DNA of 17,342 nt, taken from positions 1-17,342 of the forward strand of contig JAFGOA010000017.1 in NCBI GenBank assembly GCA_016926735.1. The letters run 5' to 3'. Of this stretch, positions 15,879 through 17,342 are shown piece after piece; within the stretch, counting starts at the first letter, position 1; every line of letters begins with the position of its first letter. Made by a program: the position numbers and the translations under genes. Under the pieces are notes generated by a model. The model did no database searches. It had not been told where the DNA came from and saw only the letters and a program-made list of their open reading frames with translations. The stretch comes from Promethearchaeota archaeon. GTDB taxonomy: Archaea > Asgardarchaeota > Lokiarchaeia > Sigyniarchaeales > SOKP01.

Positions 15879-17144
15879 TTAATCCAAACTATCCTTTTTA
15901 TTTCGATCGATAAAAAAATCAGCGTTAAAGTTTGGAAACAATTTATTTTTATTTCCTTCCTTAAGACCATATATTAGACCTAAATCTTCTAATTTTCTAA
16001 TGTGATATTCAATAGTCTTTCTGTTAATATTGAGGTTCTCTGAAATTTTTGTATTCCAAATTCCTGGATCATCTTCTATTATTTTTAATATTTTTAAAGT
16101 AAATTCACTTTTCTGCAATTTAAGATCAATATTTGAGATTGGATTTTTCTCAATATATGGTAAATAAACCACATAATTTTCCATTGTTTGTTTCTTTATT
16201 ACTTTATAAACATTCAATATTTCAAGATGCCACACTAAATTTCCAGGATTTAAATTTGTTTTCCTAAGTAATTCATTAAAATGCATTCCTGGTGTTTCTA
16301 ATATTAAATCTATAATTTTATTTCGATTTTCATTTTCCAATACTTCATCTAAAGAAAGTCTGTGTACACCTTTCGGAAAAAATTGAGTTCTTTTTTTTAA
16401 TGTTCTTATGTATTCTTTTTTAGAAATAACACTAATTATTGAAATAATCGAAATTATTGAAATAGGAATTAATATTGATAATGTAATTATTAAAGATAAA
16501 TTAAAAGTAGTAATTTCTGTAGTTTTATAAATTGTTATATAATAATCTTTATTATTTTGAAGATTTTCTATTGATGCCTCTAAATAATTATATTCTAATC
16601 CGTTAATTTCATTTGTATCAACAAGTTTGAGATCTGTTTGATTTGTATAATAAGCAATTGAATATTTAGAGTTAGGTTCTAAACTCAATAAAGGGATTTT
16701 TATAAATTGAAATGATACTTTTGAAATAGTGTCATTTGTTTTAATTTTATAAGTTGTATTATAAAGAAAATCTAAACAATAATCATTATATCTTGAATTT
16801 TCTGGAAAATTATCTTTGAAATTATCCCAGTTAAAAAAAGCTGTAAAATTAAATTCTACAAAATTTGAAACACTAATATTAATCTTTAACTGTTTTGATT
16901 GTGTAGCTAATGCTAAAGAATCACATTTAATGTTTAAAAGCATAGATTCGTTAGATGAAATATTTAGGTTGAAAAAATTAGATCCCTCAATATAATAAAA
17001 ATTATATTCTTTATTAGGTAAAAGAGATGGTGATGAATCAATTGAGTATTGTTTGATATATTCAAGATCACAATAACCAATAGTGAAAAAAAGGAAGATT
17101 ATTGTATATATCTTCTTTTTTTTAAAAAACTTAACTCTAATCAT
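15879..17144 (-). CDS. Membrane-anchored transcriptional regulator with tandem winged-helix domains (COG3398-like)
   Basis: N-terminal hydrophobic segment, ~190-aa sequon-rich domain, TM (LSLIITLSILIPISIISIISIISVI), basic patch, then VLENENRNKI...PGMHFNEL...WHLEIL and DPGI...TIEYHIRKLEDLGLI. Confidence 0.85.
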   Translation of the reverse strand: MIRVKFFKKKKIYTIIFLFFTIGYCDLEYIKQYSIDSSPSLLPNKEYNFYYIEGSNFFNLNISSNESMLLNIKCDSLALATQSKQLKINISVSNFVEFNFTAFFNWDNFKDNFPENSRYNDYCLDFLYNTTYKIKTNDTISKVSFQFIKIPLLSLEPNSKYSIAYYTNQTDLKLVDTNEINGLEYNYLEASIENLQNNKDYYITIYKTTEITTFNLSLIITLSILIPISIISIISIISVISKKEYIRTLKKRTQFFPKGVHRLSLDEVLENENRNKIIDLILETPGMHFNELLRKTNLNPGNLVWHLEILNVYKVIKKQTMENYVVYLPYIEKNPISNIDLKLQKSEFTLKILKIIEDDPGIWNTKISENLNINRKTIEYHIRKLEDLGLIYGLKEGNKNKLFPNFNADFFIDRNKKDSLD

Positions 17145-17291
17145 ATTTCAACTTTAATTTTAACTTATTTATACTTTATATATATCAATCAGTTTTAAAA
17201 TATCGGGTATAATATTCACCGTTGCATAATATCAAAACAATTTGAAAATTTATTTTTTAAATGGCGAAATTTATACCTTATCCTTTTTAAA

Positions 17292-17342
17292 TTTTTTTTT
17301 TTTTTTTTTTTTATTAAATAAAAAAAAAATTAAAAAAAAAAA
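17292..17342. repeat. Low-complexity poly-T / poly-A tract at the window end
   Basis: About 21 T followed by A-runs; may be a terminator tract or a contig-end artefact. Confidence 0.6.

Noticed and set aside
17292-17342. Poly-T/poly-A end as a retroelement tail or hairpin telomere
   Set aside because: No reverse transcriptase, transposase or target-site duplication; homopolymers at a sequence end are commonly assembly artefacts.
1-17342. CRISPR arrays, tRNAs, rRNAs, IS elements
   Set aside because: No regularly spaced direct repeats, cloverleafs, rRNA-length GC-rich tracts or transposase motifs were seen.

Overview
Very AT-rich archaeal DNA, most likely from an Asgard archaeon (Lokiarchaeia/Promethearchaeia). 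This is inferred from a Loki-CTERM-type IPGY-TM-KKKK tail, roadblock and longin/uDENN-like genes, and archaeal TFB, Gar1, ArcS and RaSEA. From left to right: the 5' part of a secreted GH9 endoglucanase (missing from the ORF track), a 1177-aa repeat-containing surface protein, an RlmN-like radical SAM enzyme, a divergently split Ni/Co ECF transporter (cbiM/N <- -> cbiQ/O; cbiO has no canonical start codon), a longin-like gene, an unannotated structured RNA, two roadblock-like genes, tfb, gar1, raSEA, arcS and a membrane-anchored double winged-helix regulator. The main discovery is at ~9652-9929, under a spurious 86-aa ORF. It folds by hand into three tandem box H/ACA guide hairpins, each with a K-loop/K-turn, a pseudouridylation pocket and an ACA box 13-14 nt downstream. 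Hairpin 1 is perfectly complementary to the archaeal 23S peptidyl-transferase-centre sequence around U2496 (E. coli numbering), equivalent to yeast Psi2865. Hairpin 2 probably targets U2586 and hairpin 3 is an orphan. All folding and rRNA matches were done by eye and from remembered consensus sequences, not by computation.
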